Shown here: one piece after another, positions 1 to 8,729 of the stretch
Layout: every line of letters starts with the position of its first letter
Position numbering within the stretch: the stretch's first letter is position 1
Source: Candidatus Nanoarchaeia archaeon
GTDB taxonomy: Archaea > Nanobdellota > Nanobdellia > UBA10117
Length of the DNA: 34,772 nucleotides
Reading direction: 5' to 3'
NCBI GenBank assembly: GCA_038894275.1
Contig: JAWAPU010000001.1
Coordinates: 1-34,772 of the forward strand
Made by a program: the position numbers and the translations under genes
The notes under the pieces: model-generated
The model's input: the letters and a program-made list of their open reading frames with translations, nothing else
The model's database searches: none
What the model was told of the DNA's origin: nothing

Positions 1-239
1 ATGGTAACTCTTTTCATGTAGTAGCTATTTTAGCTGCACCCGCTATAAGATACGAACGAGCAAAAACACGCGCTCGATTTGGAGCGCTATCAAAATTGGA
101 ATTTAGAATAAGAGATAGAGAAGAACCAAGAGTAGGAGTAGGAGACTTAATAGCAAGTTCAAATCACTATGTCGTCGCCAATGGTTCTGAAAAAGAAGTC
201 CAAAGGCAAATAGACGCTCTTCTTAAGCAATTGATTTAA
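1..239 (+). CDS. 3' end of a CDS truncated by the window edge, product unknown. Frame 3 reads ...GNSFHVVAILAAP...NHYVVANGSEKEVQRQIDALLKQLI, with stop TAA at 237-239.
   Basis: Frame 3 is open from the window edge to the TAA at 237-239. I recognised no diagnostic motif. Confidence 0.4.
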   Translation, partial: GNSFHVVAILAAPAIRYERAKTRARFGALSKLEFRIRDREEPRVGVGDLIASSNHYVVANGSEKEVQRQIDALLKQLI

Positions 240-298
240 TTATTTTTGCTTAAGCTATTAAAAGGAAGTTTTATAAAAGTAAACAATTTATTTGTAAT

Positions 299-763
299 AT
301 GGACTTAAGAAAATTGAGACGATTATTTGTAGAATTAAAATTATATTATGCAAGAACCGCATCTTATTTGAGCATCCTCAATTTTTTAATGATAGTTTTG
401 ATTTTTTTAAGCACAACTTTATGGGATTACGCACCCATTCAAACACTATTTCAAAGCAAAAAAATATTTTTAACAGTAGGCGTAATTTTTGTGCTTATAT
501 TTACTTTTTTAATAGGCTGGTTAGATACCCATCTAAAGTTGTGGAGAACAGAATCAGAGCTTTCTTTAGCAGCCAATAGAACTCCTATGATGGTTCCCAT
601 GGCTTTTCAAAGCGCAAAAATTTTAACCGACCTTAAACAAGCAGGAGTAGACACAAGCGCCTTAGAAGCGGAACTGGATTCTCTATTCGAAAGATGTGGC
701 TTAAAATTACAATTTGAAAAGTTTAAACAATCTCTAGACACAGAAAAAAATAAAAAAACATAA
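299..763 (+). CDS. Hypothetical membrane protein with two predicted TM helices and a soluble C-terminal tail
   Basis: ATG-initiated 154-aa ORF. It has two long hydrophobic stretches (SYLSILNFLMIVLIFLSTTLW and IFLTVGVIFVLIFTFLIGWL). I recognised no family motif. Confidence 0.55.
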   Translation: MDLRKLRRLFVELKLYYARTASYLSILNFLMIVLIFLSTTLWDYAPIQTLFQSKKIFLTVGVIFVLIFTFLIGWLDTHLKLWRTESELSLAANRTPMMVPMAFQSAKILTDLKQAGVDTSALEAELDSLFERCGLKLQFEKFKQSLDTEKNKKT

Positions 764-790
764 AAAGCTTCATGGAAAGCTTTTTATTCT
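762..790 (+). terminator. Perfect 9-bp hairpin followed by a T-run, just after the stop of the 299-763 ORF
   Basis: AAAAAGCTT (762-770), loop CATGGA, AAGCTTTTT (777-785), running into TTTTTATT. Archaeal termination at oligo-T tracts is established. A role for the hairpin is inferred. Confidence 0.4.
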
Positions 791-810
791 TTAAAACTTC
801 AAAAACAAAT

Positions 811-1074
811 ATGGCAGAGCAAGAAAAAAAATATTCAAAATCTCTTGTAGGCAAGCCGATAGTTTCAAAGGCAGGAAAACGAATCGGGTTTGTTAAAGAT
901 TTAGTCTTCGAAGTCCGCACAGGCGAACTTTTGTATTTAGTAGTTGGCCAGCCTACGGCATATGCATTATCTCTTGACCTAGAAAAGACAAAAGACGGAG
1001 AACCACTAATACCTTTCAGTGCAATGATCTCTTCTGCCGATTTTGTTGTTGTAGCAGAAGAAGATATTGTTTAA
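811..1074 (+). CDS. Small stand-alone PRC-barrel domain protein
   Basis: LVGKPIVSKAGKRIGFVKDLVFEVRTGELLYLVV matches the PRC-barrel pattern (G-x-V...G..iG.V.D..fd..tG). I prefer the ATG at 811 to the track start at 772, because 772-785 lies inside the upstream hairpin/T-run. Confidence 0.7.
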   Translation: MAEQEKKYSKSLVGKPIVSKAGKRIGFVKDLVFEVRTGELLYLVVGQPTAYALSLDLEKTKDGEPLIPFSAMISSADFVVVAEEDIV

Positions 1075-1112
1075 TGAATTAAATTTAAAAAAATGCCGCA
1101 ATTAGCAAAAAT

Positions 1113-3596
1113 TTAACCTAGCGGACTGCTTTGCAAGTAATAAGGGTCTTCTGTGATGTAATTTGGATAATTTACTTCCCATATCTTTATGGGGCCTATT
1201 ATTCTTCCATTATAAAATGCCAAAGGAGTATTGTCTTGATACACTAATTTGAAATAAGGTGATTTTTCATTATAAAGGTAAAGTTTAGCAAAATTGGTAT
1301 CCCATACTTTTTCAGAAAGCCATAATGCTCCACCAATTGAAGCGCCTTTTCCATTTGCAGAAAAATATGGAATTAATACCAAACAGCCACTTAGATTTCC
1401 ATCAAATTCTAAACGCTTCCCGTTTACAAATAAACAAGAGATTGGCAAAGCATATTGATTTCCTTTGGCTATAACATACGCTGTAGGTTCTAGCAAACTC
1501 TCATTGACGAGCTTTATAGAAAAACCGGCTATTGCAGAATTTCCTTCGGGCAAAATTAATTTATCTAAAACATAATCTTTGTCAAGTGGCCAAACTCCTG
1601 TATAGATTAATAGAGTGCCATCTCGGACTTCTTTTTGATCTTTAAGTGCAAAAAGTCCTATTGTGCTCCTTCTATCAAAATTTTCGTCGGAGCCTATATA
1701 TGAAAATGCATGATATTTCAATATCTCTTCCCACGAAATTAAAATATGCGTAACTTTATGCGTTTTGAGATAGGTAAGCGTGCTATTTTCGTCTTTTCCT
1801 GTTAAAAAGTATCGTCCGGATTGATGATTCCATCCTTTTGCATTACCCCCATCTGTGACAGCTGCTCTTTGCCCAACAGTAATTGTTAAATATCCATAGT
1901 CCCACCAGTGTGCAAATACTGCATTTTCAGGAGTATTTTCTCTTATCCAATCCATGGCGGCGCCCCATTGCCCAGGCACCATGGAACTGGAATATTTATT
2001 TTGTAATTCTGACGCTTGCGCGCATGTCGCAAATGTAAAAATGGCTAGCATAGAAATAATTCCGATTGTAGCAATCTTAATTTTAATATTTTTATCAGAC
2101 ACCCATTCAAAAAGATTTGAGATGCTATATGCAGTTAAAAATGCGAACACTGGAGTAACCATAAATAAAAGTCTTATTTGCCCTCGAGCAGCAAGTAAGG
2201 TTAGTAAAAACAAAATTGCGATGATTAATAAAAATTCTTTGCCCTCTAGCTTTATATTCGTGTCGCTTTTATAATATGAAAAAAGATAAATTAAGAATAA
2301 AACTCCAATGAATATGATTAACCAGTATTTATAAGTATTCGAAAAAAAGCTGATTGTGGCATATGGAGAAAGTCTACTAAAAATAAAAGCAAATATAAAA
2401 AATAAATAAGCTAAAAGCGAAAAGAAGGGAATTCTTTTCTCAAGAGACCCTCTTTCTTTAGATTCGAATATTTTGTAAAAGATAATGCCTGCTCCAACAA
2501 ATGCGAAAACGCAAGTTAAATTGAAAGCACTCCACCAATCACCAAGATACGGTTGAGCATTTTCAGCAACGGTAAAAAATAATCTATTTTGGCCTTCTTG
2601 AACAGCAGCTTTTATTAAGGTTATAACATTATTATTAAAAACAAAACTTATTAGTAATGCGCACAAACCAGCTCCTACTGTTGAAATTATTGATTTTGGT
2701 ATTTTTTTACTTTTTACAAATGCTTGACATAAAAGTAAGAAACAAGTAAAAAGAGCCGTAAAACTTATCAAGATAGACGTTTGCCCTAACAACGCATTTT
2801 TAGCGTCACAAAGAAAGCAAAAAATAATATAAAAAATAGACCAAATAAATATTATTGCCGCGTCTTTCTTTTCCAATTTATCTCTAATAAAACCGTATGC
2901 AAAAAAGAAGAGTAGTATGGTATAAACCAAAAATATATATCCGCCCCAAGTGCCAGTCATCATAGCAGCAAAAACTCCTGAAAGCGCACTCAAAGGCAAG
3001 CTTTTCCAACTCTTGCTTTTCCAAGCCAAAACTAGTAACAACAGGCTCGTAAACATCCACAACATAGCAAAAGCTTCATGATCTGCAAATCCCGCTCCAG
3101 TTCTTTGAATGTAAGCAGGAATTACTGCTAAAAATGCAGTTGCTATAAACGCAGTTTTATAATTTGTTATTTCTTTTACAAATAAGAAAAAAACAATAAA
3201 CGCAATTATAGTTATGACTGGAGGATAAATTATATGCCATTCGATTTGGCTTAAATTTGCGAAAAAAATATGAATTAATTTGTAAAAAAAGACCATTGTT
3301 TTTGGGAAAAAAGTACCGCCTGCAGTCCCGATATATTCAGGTACATATCTCATATAATCTATTGAAGGAATGCTTCCTTGTTCATAAAGCATTTTCGAGA
3401 GCCTAAAGAAAAAATAAGAATCTAGTTCAATTAGATATTTTCCTTTTAATAAAGGCAAATTTCTAGTTCTTATCCAAAGTGCTAAAGCAAAAATAGGTAA
3501 AAGAGAAAACCAATAAATCCATTTTTCTTTGTTTGTAAAAAATTTTGTTTTTTCTTTTAAATTTTTTATTATTCCTTCAAGTTTAATATTTTGCAT
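1113..3596 (-). CDS. aglB: Archaeal oligosaccharyltransferase AglB (STT3 family)
   Basis: 827 aa with a polytopic N-terminal half and a soluble C-terminal domain. It carries the diagnostic WWDYGY motif (AHWWDYGYLTITVG). Confidence 0.9.
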   Translation of the reverse strand: MQNIKLEGIIKNLKEKTKFFTNKEKWIYWFSLLPIFALALWIRTRNLPLLKGKYLIELDSYFFFRLSKMLYEQGSIPSIDYMRYVPEYIGTAGGTFFPKTMVFFYKLIHIFFANLSQIEWHIIYPPVITIIAFIVFFLFVKEITNYKTAFIATAFLAVIPAYIQRTGAGFADHEAFAMLWMFTSLLLLVLAWKSKSWKSLPLSALSGVFAAMMTGTWGGYIFLVYTILLFFFAYGFIRDKLEKKDAAIIFIWSIFYIIFCFLCDAKNALLGQTSILISFTALFTCFLLLCQAFVKSKKIPKSIISTVGAGLCALLISFVFNNNVITLIKAAVQEGQNRLFFTVAENAQPYLGDWWSAFNLTCVFAFVGAGIIFYKIFESKERGSLEKRIPFFSLLAYLFFIFAFIFSRLSPYATISFFSNTYKYWLIIFIGVLFLIYLFSYYKSDTNIKLEGKEFLLIIAILFLLTLLAARGQIRLLFMVTPVFAFLTAYSISNLFEWVSDKNIKIKIATIGIISMLAIFTFATCAQASELQNKYSSSMVPGQWGAAMDWIRENTPENAVFAHWWDYGYLTITVGQRAAVTDGGNAKGWNHQSGRYFLTGKDENSTLTYLKTHKVTHILISWEEILKYHAFSYIGSDENFDRRSTIGLFALKDQKEVRDGTLLIYTGVWPLDKDYVLDKLILPEGNSAIAGFSIKLVNESLLEPTAYVIAKGNQYALPISCLFVNGKRLEFDGNLSGCLVLIPYFSANGKGASIGGALWLSEKVWDTNFAKLYLYNEKSPYFKLVYQDNTPLAFYNGRIIGPIKIWEVNYPNYITEDPYYLQSSPLG

Positions 3597-3641
3597 TTAT
3601 CAACTTAAAAACAAACATCTTTAAATCTTACGCTAAAAAAA

Positions 3642-4619
3642 TCACAAATAAAGAATTATTACTAAAAATGCAAGGACTAGTTCAAAAGAAAGAATGCCTA
3701 AAACCGTTCTTTTTTCAGTTTTAGCAAATTTCATAAAAATATGGGTGAGCGAACAAATTTTTCCAGGCGGTTTAAGGGAACCATCTTTTTGTGGAATACC
3801 AAAACTTTCTCCTTTAAATTTACAACGTGCTTTTAAGAATAATTCCAAAAAATAAGGTAAAAATAATAAAATTGCGGCTTTTGTATATTCAGATAAAATT
3901 GCTAAAATTCCAATCAGCGCACCTACCGCATATGTTAAGCTATTGCCTGGAAAAACTTTTGCGGGATACCAATTAAACATTAAAAAACAGATTAAAGAAG
4001 CGCAAGCTAAACCAGAAATTAAAGCAAGCCAAGGCGTACCTTTTGCTAAAAGTAGAGTAAGCGCGCCAAGAATTATTGCACCCATTCCCGCTTCTAATCC
4101 ATTTAATCCCGCCAACATATTAAACCCATTTGATGCTCCAACTATTGCTAATGGAACAAAAAATAATGGGAAAAGCAATCCAACTTCTATTTTACCTAAA
4201 AAAGGCAAAATTAATTCTTGCATGCTAATTCCTAAAACAACAAGAGGAAGCGCAATAGGTATTGTTAAAAGAGGTTTTTGCCATTGGGGTAACCCTTTTT
4301 TCCAACCGAGAACATCATCTATAAATCCTAAAAAGCCTGCTAATAGAATCGTATTTATTATAGCAAGAACGTTTATGAAATGTGTTTCACTATGAAAAAG
4401 ATATGTTTTTAAAAAAACATACCCAAAAAGTCCAAAAGTTAACGCAAGAATAACTGCTATACCGCCTGCTTCTGCACACTCTTTTTTATCTATTTTATTC
4501 ATGTCGGTGCCAACCAAATTTCTTGATTTAGCAATTTTTATCCAAATTTTTGTTAATTCATAAGTAAGGCTAAAAGTTACAAAAACCATTATAATGACAA
4601 GAATGGTTGCATTATCCAT
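3642..4619 (-). CDS. aglH: Polyprenyl-phosphate N-acetylhexosamine-1-phosphate transferase (MraY/WecA/AglH family, glycosyltransferase family 4)
   Basis: Polytopic membrane protein with GFIDDVLGWKKG and NGFNMLAGLNGLEAG motifs, typical of the GPT/MraY superfamily. It lies directly upstream of aglB on the same strand. Confidence 0.85.
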   Translation of the reverse strand: MDNATILVIIMVFVTFSLTYELTKIWIKIAKSRNLVGTDMNKIDKKECAEAGGIAVILALTFGLFGYVFLKTYLFHSETHFINVLAIINTILLAGFLGFIDDVLGWKKGLPQWQKPLLTIPIALPLVVLGISMQELILPFLGKIEVGLLFPLFFVPLAIVGASNGFNMLAGLNGLEAGMGAIILGALTLLLAKGTPWLALISGLACASLICFLMFNWYPAKVFPGNSLTYAVGALIGILAILSEYTKAAILLFLPYFLELFLKARCKFKGESFGIPQKDGSLKPPGKICSLTHIFMKFAKTEKRTVLGILSFELVLAFLVIILYL

Positions 4620-4688
4620 TGTACATGTTTAAACTTTAATTTTTTTAAGTTTTTTTGGCAAGCGTGGCGATAATGAACCAAACGCAAA

Positions 4689-5540
4689 TTATACAAATAA
4701 CGCGTTAATTCCTACTTCTATTATTCCCGCAAGTATTAAAATAATACTGGCAAAACAAATCAAAAGTATAACATCGCACAGCGTTTTTTTAAATAAATAT
4801 GTATTTTGCTTAGTTTCTAGAACGGCCAAAGATAGCATCATGCCCGCTATTGCTGAAATAAAATACGCTAGTACTTCTAAACTTCCATGGATTAAATAAC
4901 GCACCAACCCGAAAGAGACGATATTTGTGTAATGCGCAACTGCAGATCCGCCCGTAACCATGGGATTAGCCAAAATAGAAAACTTAATTCGTTCGCCTAT
5001 TGCAACTCCGATTACAGATGCATTCCATGTTAATATGAATAAAACGCCCGGGCCAAAAATAAACGCAAATAACAATGTAAATATTAGCACTTTAAAATTA
5101 TTGGTCAGGATGGCATAAAAAAAACTTTTTGCGGCAAGTCCGCCGGTTATTACAGCATTAATTTCTCTTATGGTGGTGAGTTGCGCTTCAAATAGCAACC
5201 TGGTTATGTTTTGCGGTAACACAACGTACCATGTTGCAACAGCCAAAGTAAAACCCAAGAACGCCCAAATAAAAAATAAAAAGATTTGCGAATTTGTTTT
5301 TAATAACTGTTCTAGATAATTTTTTACTTTTTCTTCTTTTCTCTTTTCGGCACGCACCAATTTATAAAAAAGAGGAAGCATTAAAAAATTACAAAATAAT
5401 ATAAAAATAATCGAAGAGTACATAGGAAAAATCCAATAAGCGAAATATAGCGACATGCTTGTGCAAAGAAAAGTAATTGGAAAAATAATAAATGGATGCA
5501 TTTTAATTTTCGAAATTGAAATTAAACTTTCAAGCACCAT
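4689..5540 (-). CDS. Polytopic membrane protein of the SpoIIM-like (DUF95) family
   Basis: At least six hydrophobic helices. The segments FIFGPGVLFILTWNASVIGVAIG and LIHGSLEVLAYFISAIAGMML resemble the stage II sporulation protein M family signature. This is recognition by eye only. Confidence 0.6.
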   Translation of the reverse strand: MVLESLISISKIKMHPFIIFPITFLCTSMSLYFAYWIFPMYSSIIFILFCNFLMLPLFYKLVRAEKRKEEKVKNYLEQLLKTNSQIFLFFIWAFLGFTLAVATWYVVLPQNITRLLFEAQLTTIREINAVITGGLAAKSFFYAILTNNFKVLIFTLLFAFIFGPGVLFILTWNASVIGVAIGERIKFSILANPMVTGGSAVAHYTNIVSFGLVRYLIHGSLEVLAYFISAIAGMMLSLAVLETKQNTYLFKKTLCDVILLICFASIILILAGIIEVGINALFV

Positions 5541-5665
5541 TTAACTTATATTTTGCGCACTTCTTTAAAAATTTAATGTATTTCTGCAAAGTTAAAATTT
5601 TGCGCAAGTTTTATATTGTTTTGCAACAATGAAATTTTAGCAAAGAGAATTAAAAGGAGGATAAA

Positions 5666-5929
5666 ATGTTACAAATGCGAAAAATATCTGAAGTTGCTGC
5701 TTTGAAAGTATACACCTTAGACGGGCTTTTTTTTGGCGAAGTTGAAGAAGCACTCATAAAAGGAAACAAAATAGAAAGCTGGAAAATACGCGCGACAAAA
5801 GACAGTTTCTTAAACAAAGCATTAGGCGGTGCTAAAGGAGTTATAGTGCCGCACGCAATGGTTTCCGCAATTGGTGATGTAATGCTTGTTCAAAGGGGCG
5901 CAGCACCTTCTTATTCGGAAAGCGAATAG
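5666..5929 (+). CDS. Small stand-alone PRC-barrel domain protein, second copy in the window
   Basis: LKVYTLDGLFFGEVEEALIKGNKIESWKI ... GVIVPHAMVSAIGDVMLV has a PRC-barrel-like strand pattern. A strong Shine-Dalgarno (AAGGAGG) lies 5-8 nt upstream of the ATG. Confidence 0.6.
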   Translation: MLQMRKISEVAALKVYTLDGLFFGEVEEALIKGNKIESWKIRATKDSFLNKALGGAKGVIVPHAMVSAIGDVMLVQRGAAPSYSESE

Positions 5930-5945
5930 TAATTAAAACTCTAAA

Positions 5946-7757
5946 ATGGATTTCAAATCTACTGCAGAGATAGAAATACCTAAAACAATAATTGAACAAA
6001 TTATTGGACAAGAGCATGCAGTAGATATAATTAAAAAAGCGGCGCAACAAAGACGACACGTTTTATTAATCGGCAGCCCAGGAACTGGCAAAAGCATGCT
6101 CGGTCAAGCATTAGCCGAACTTTTGCCAAAGTCAAAACTTTCCGATATTTTAGCATTTCCTAATGAAATCGACGAAAACCAGCCAATTATAAAAACAACA
6201 CCTGCAGGCGAAGGACAAAAATTGGTTGAAAAAATTAAAACCACAATGATTTCTTGGAATAAAAACCAGCAATTTTTATTTTTTATTTTTGCAATGTTTA
6301 CTTTAGCCATTCCTTGGTGGATTCGCAATATGTACGGCGATATTATGGCAGCGGCAAGTTTGCTAGCAGGCGTACTATTTTTAGGCATTCTTTTAATTTC
6401 GTTTTCTGTAGGTATAAGAAAAAGTCCAAAATTTCAAGAACCTAAACTTTTAGTTGACAATTCAAAATTGGACCGCGCGCCTTTTATCGATGCAACAGGG
6501 GCGCATGCAGGCGCTTTACTTGGAGATTGCTTACACGATCCTTTGCAGAGTGGCGGATTAGGCACTCCCGCACATTTACGACTCGTACCAGGCGCGATAC
6601 ACAAAGCTAATGGTGGCGTTCTTTTCATAGACGAAATTTCGACACTAGATACTCATATGCAGCAAGAATTGCTTACAGCATTACAGGAGAAGAAATATCC
6701 CATAACTGGGCAATCTGAAAGAAGTAGTGGTGCGATGGTGAGAAGTACGCCCGCGCCATGCGATTTTGTTTTGGTAGCAGCAGGAAATTTAGAGTCTATT
6801 CAAAAAATGCATCCTGCGCTTCGAAGTAGAATAAGAGGTTATGGTTATGAAGTTTATATGAACGACTCCTTGCCAGATACGCCAGAAAATAGATTTGCTT
6901 TAGCTAGATTTGTCGCCCAAGAAGTGCATAAAGACGGAAAAATACCGCATTTTTCAAAAAAAGCTGTTGAAGAAATAATAAAAGAAGCGAGAAAAAGATC
7001 AGGTTCGAGAGGAAAATTTACTTTGGTTTTAAGAGATTTAGGCGGTTTGGTAAGAGCAGCAGGAGATATAGCAAAAGAAGAAGGAGCAAACTTAGTTGAA
7101 TTGGAGCATGTACAAAAAGCAAAAAAATTAGCAAAAACATTAGAGCATCAAGTGGCAGATAGATATATAGAACGAAAAAAAGAGTATTCTGTCTTTAAAA
7201 ATGAAGGAACTGCAATTGGGCGAATAAACGGCTTAGCAGTCATTGGTTCCCAAACCGCATATTCAGGCATAATATTGCCAATTGAAGCAGAGGTAACACT
7301 TGCAGATGGAGAAAAAAGAAAATTTGTAGCAACAGGAAAATTGGGCCAAATTGCTAAAGAAGCAATAACAAATGTTTCAGCCATTATTAAAAAAAGATTT
7401 GGCCAAGATATTAAAGATTATGAAATTTATGTTCAATTTTTACAAACCTCTGATAGTGGAGTAGAAGGAGATTCAGCATCAGTAGCCGTTGCTTTAGCAA
7501 TTCTATCAGCGCTTAAAAATTTACAAATAAGGCAAGATACCGCAGTAACGGGTTCCCTCTCAGTAAGAGGAGAAATTTTACCAGTTGGAGGAATTGCTCA
7601 AAAAATTGAAGCTGCCATAGCAGGAGGATTAAAACAAGTTTTAATTCCAGAGAGCAATTTGAAAGATGTTATTTTAGACCAAAAATCTAAAATAAAAATA
7701 ATACCTATTAAAAGATTTGAGGATGCTTTTGATTATATTTTTGAAAATCCGAAATAA
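5946..7757 (+). CDS. lonB: Membrane-anchored archaeal Lon protease (LonB)
   Basis: Walker A GSPGTGKS. Two TM helices are inserted in the AAA+ module ([17 protein letters not shown] and [17 protein letters not shown]). Protease Ser motif GDSASVAV, with a downstream catalytic Lys region ([10 protein letters not shown]). Confidence 0.92.
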   Translation: MDFKSTAEIEIPKTIIEQIIGQEHAVDIIKKAAQQRRHVLLIGSPGTGKSMLGQALAELLPKSKLSDILAFPNEIDENQPIIKTTPAGEGQKLVEKIKTTMISWNKNQQFLFFIFAMFTLAIPWWIRNMYGDIMAAASLLAGVLFLGILLISFSVGIRKSPKFQEPKLLVDNSKLDRAPFIDATGAHAGALLGDCLHDPLQSGGLGTPAHLRLVPGAIHKANGGVLFIDEISTLDTHMQQELLTALQEKKYPITGQSERSSGAMVRSTPAPCDFVLVAAGNLESIQKMHPALRSRIRGYGYEVYMNDSLPDTPENRFALARFVAQEVHKDGKIPHFSKKAVEEIIKEARKRSGSRGKFTLVLRDLGGLVRAAGDIAKEEGANLVELEHVQKAKKLAKTLEHQVADRYIERKKEYSVFKNEGTAIGRINGLAVIGSQTAYSGIILPIEAEVTLADGEKRKFVATGKLGQIAKEAITNVSAIIKKRFGQDIKDYEIYVQFLQTSDSGVEGDSASVAVALAILSALKNLQIRQDTAVTGSLSVRGEILPVGGIAQKIEAAIAGGLKQVLIPESNLKDVILDQKSKIKIIPIKRFEDAFDYIFENPK

Positions 7758-7800
7758 TTTAAAAATTTTAAAACTTAAAATATTTTAGTGCCTAAGCCAT

Positions 7801-8295
7801 CTAGAAGATATTTCCTTTTTTTTCAAAAAGATATTCAAATCTTTTGAAAACTTCTCTTAGCGCCGCTTCAACTGATTTGGCTCGCTGAAGATCGATCTTT
7901 AAAACTTCTATTAAATGGTCAAAACTCGGTTTCAATTCTATTATTTGTTGCATAAATTTTTCATATTTGTCAATGTATTTTAATAGTGCGGGGTAGTTTG
8001 AAGCTATTTTATTAATAAATTCTTTAGCTTTAACAGGGTCTTCTTCCAAATATAAAAAAGCTTCATATTCCTCGAGCTCAGATATTGCACGCTCTAAAAC
8101 AGAATAATAATGTAACATAAGTAAAACCGCTTCGCTTTCTTTTTTAAGCGTCTCATAAAAGGAACGCTGATGGTAAATAGCGTTGTGAAATGCTGTCTTT
8201 AAATTTTCAAGTTCTTGTTTTTCAATTTTAATATCTTTTTTAAAAGAATGCATTGGATACGTTTCTCCAACCATTTTTTTTCGATTGCTTGCCAT
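7801..8295 (-). CDS. Hypothetical all-helical protein
   Basis: 164-aa ATG-initiated ORF filling the gap between lonB and the Toprim gene. Composition is helical and charged. No motif recognised. Confidence 0.5.
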   Translation of the reverse strand: MASNRKKMVGETYPMHSFKKDIKIEKQELENLKTAFHNAIYHQRSFYETLKKESEAVLLMLHYYSVLERAISELEEYEAFLYLEEDPVKAKEFINKIASNYPALLKYIDKYEKFMQQIIELKPSFDHLIEVLKIDLQRAKSVEAALREVFKRFEYLFEKKGNIF

Positions 8296-8355
8296 ATAAA
8301 ATATTTTCCGAAAAGTTTAAAAAGTGGAAATTATTTCTAAAATATAGAAAAGTTC

Positions 8356-8721
8356 ATGCTCAAAGAAGCTGAAGCTTTCAAATTTCGCATTCAAAAACTC
8401 AACGAGAGCGTCGATGATGCTCTCATAGTCGTAGAAGGACAAAAAGACAAAAAAGCATTGGAGCTTCTTTTAAAAGCTGAACTTTTCATACTTAACAAAC
8501 AAAAAAGAAGCCTTTACGAGGCTGCAGAAGAAATTGCAAAAAAAGGGAAAAAGGTGATATTAATGCTTGATGCAGATAGGAAAGGTAGAGACCTTGAAAG
8601 AAAACTTAGCATTTATCTTCAAAGCATGCGCATAGATGTACGAAAAGAAAGGCAAATTTTAAAATTGGCAAAAGTGCGCGCTGTTGAAGATTTAGCTTCT
8701 GCAGTTTCAGGACTTCTTTAG
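8356..8721 (+). CDS. Small Toprim-domain protein (RNase M5-like / small primase-like class)
   Basis: LIVVEGQKDKKALE (Toprim catalytic Glu) and VILMLDADRKGRDL (DxD) motifs in a 121-aa protein. Confidence 0.7.
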   Translation: MLKEAEAFKFRIQKLNESVDDALIVVEGQKDKKALELLLKAELFILNKQKRSLYEAAEEIAKKGKKVILMLDADRKGRDLERKLSIYLQSMRIDVRKERQILKLAKVRAVEDLASAVSGLL

Positions 8722-8729
8722 GAGGTCAA

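Noticed and set aside
1-239. Naming the truncated first CDS, for example as an ATP-grasp enzyme C-terminus
   Set aside because: Only 78 residues are visible and none forms a motif I can assign with confidence.
772-810. Upstream start (ATG 772) for the PRC-barrel ORF
   Set aside because: The ATG sits in the loop of the 762-785 hairpin/T-run that follows the upstream gene. The ATG at 811 gives a protein that starts just before the conserved barrel.
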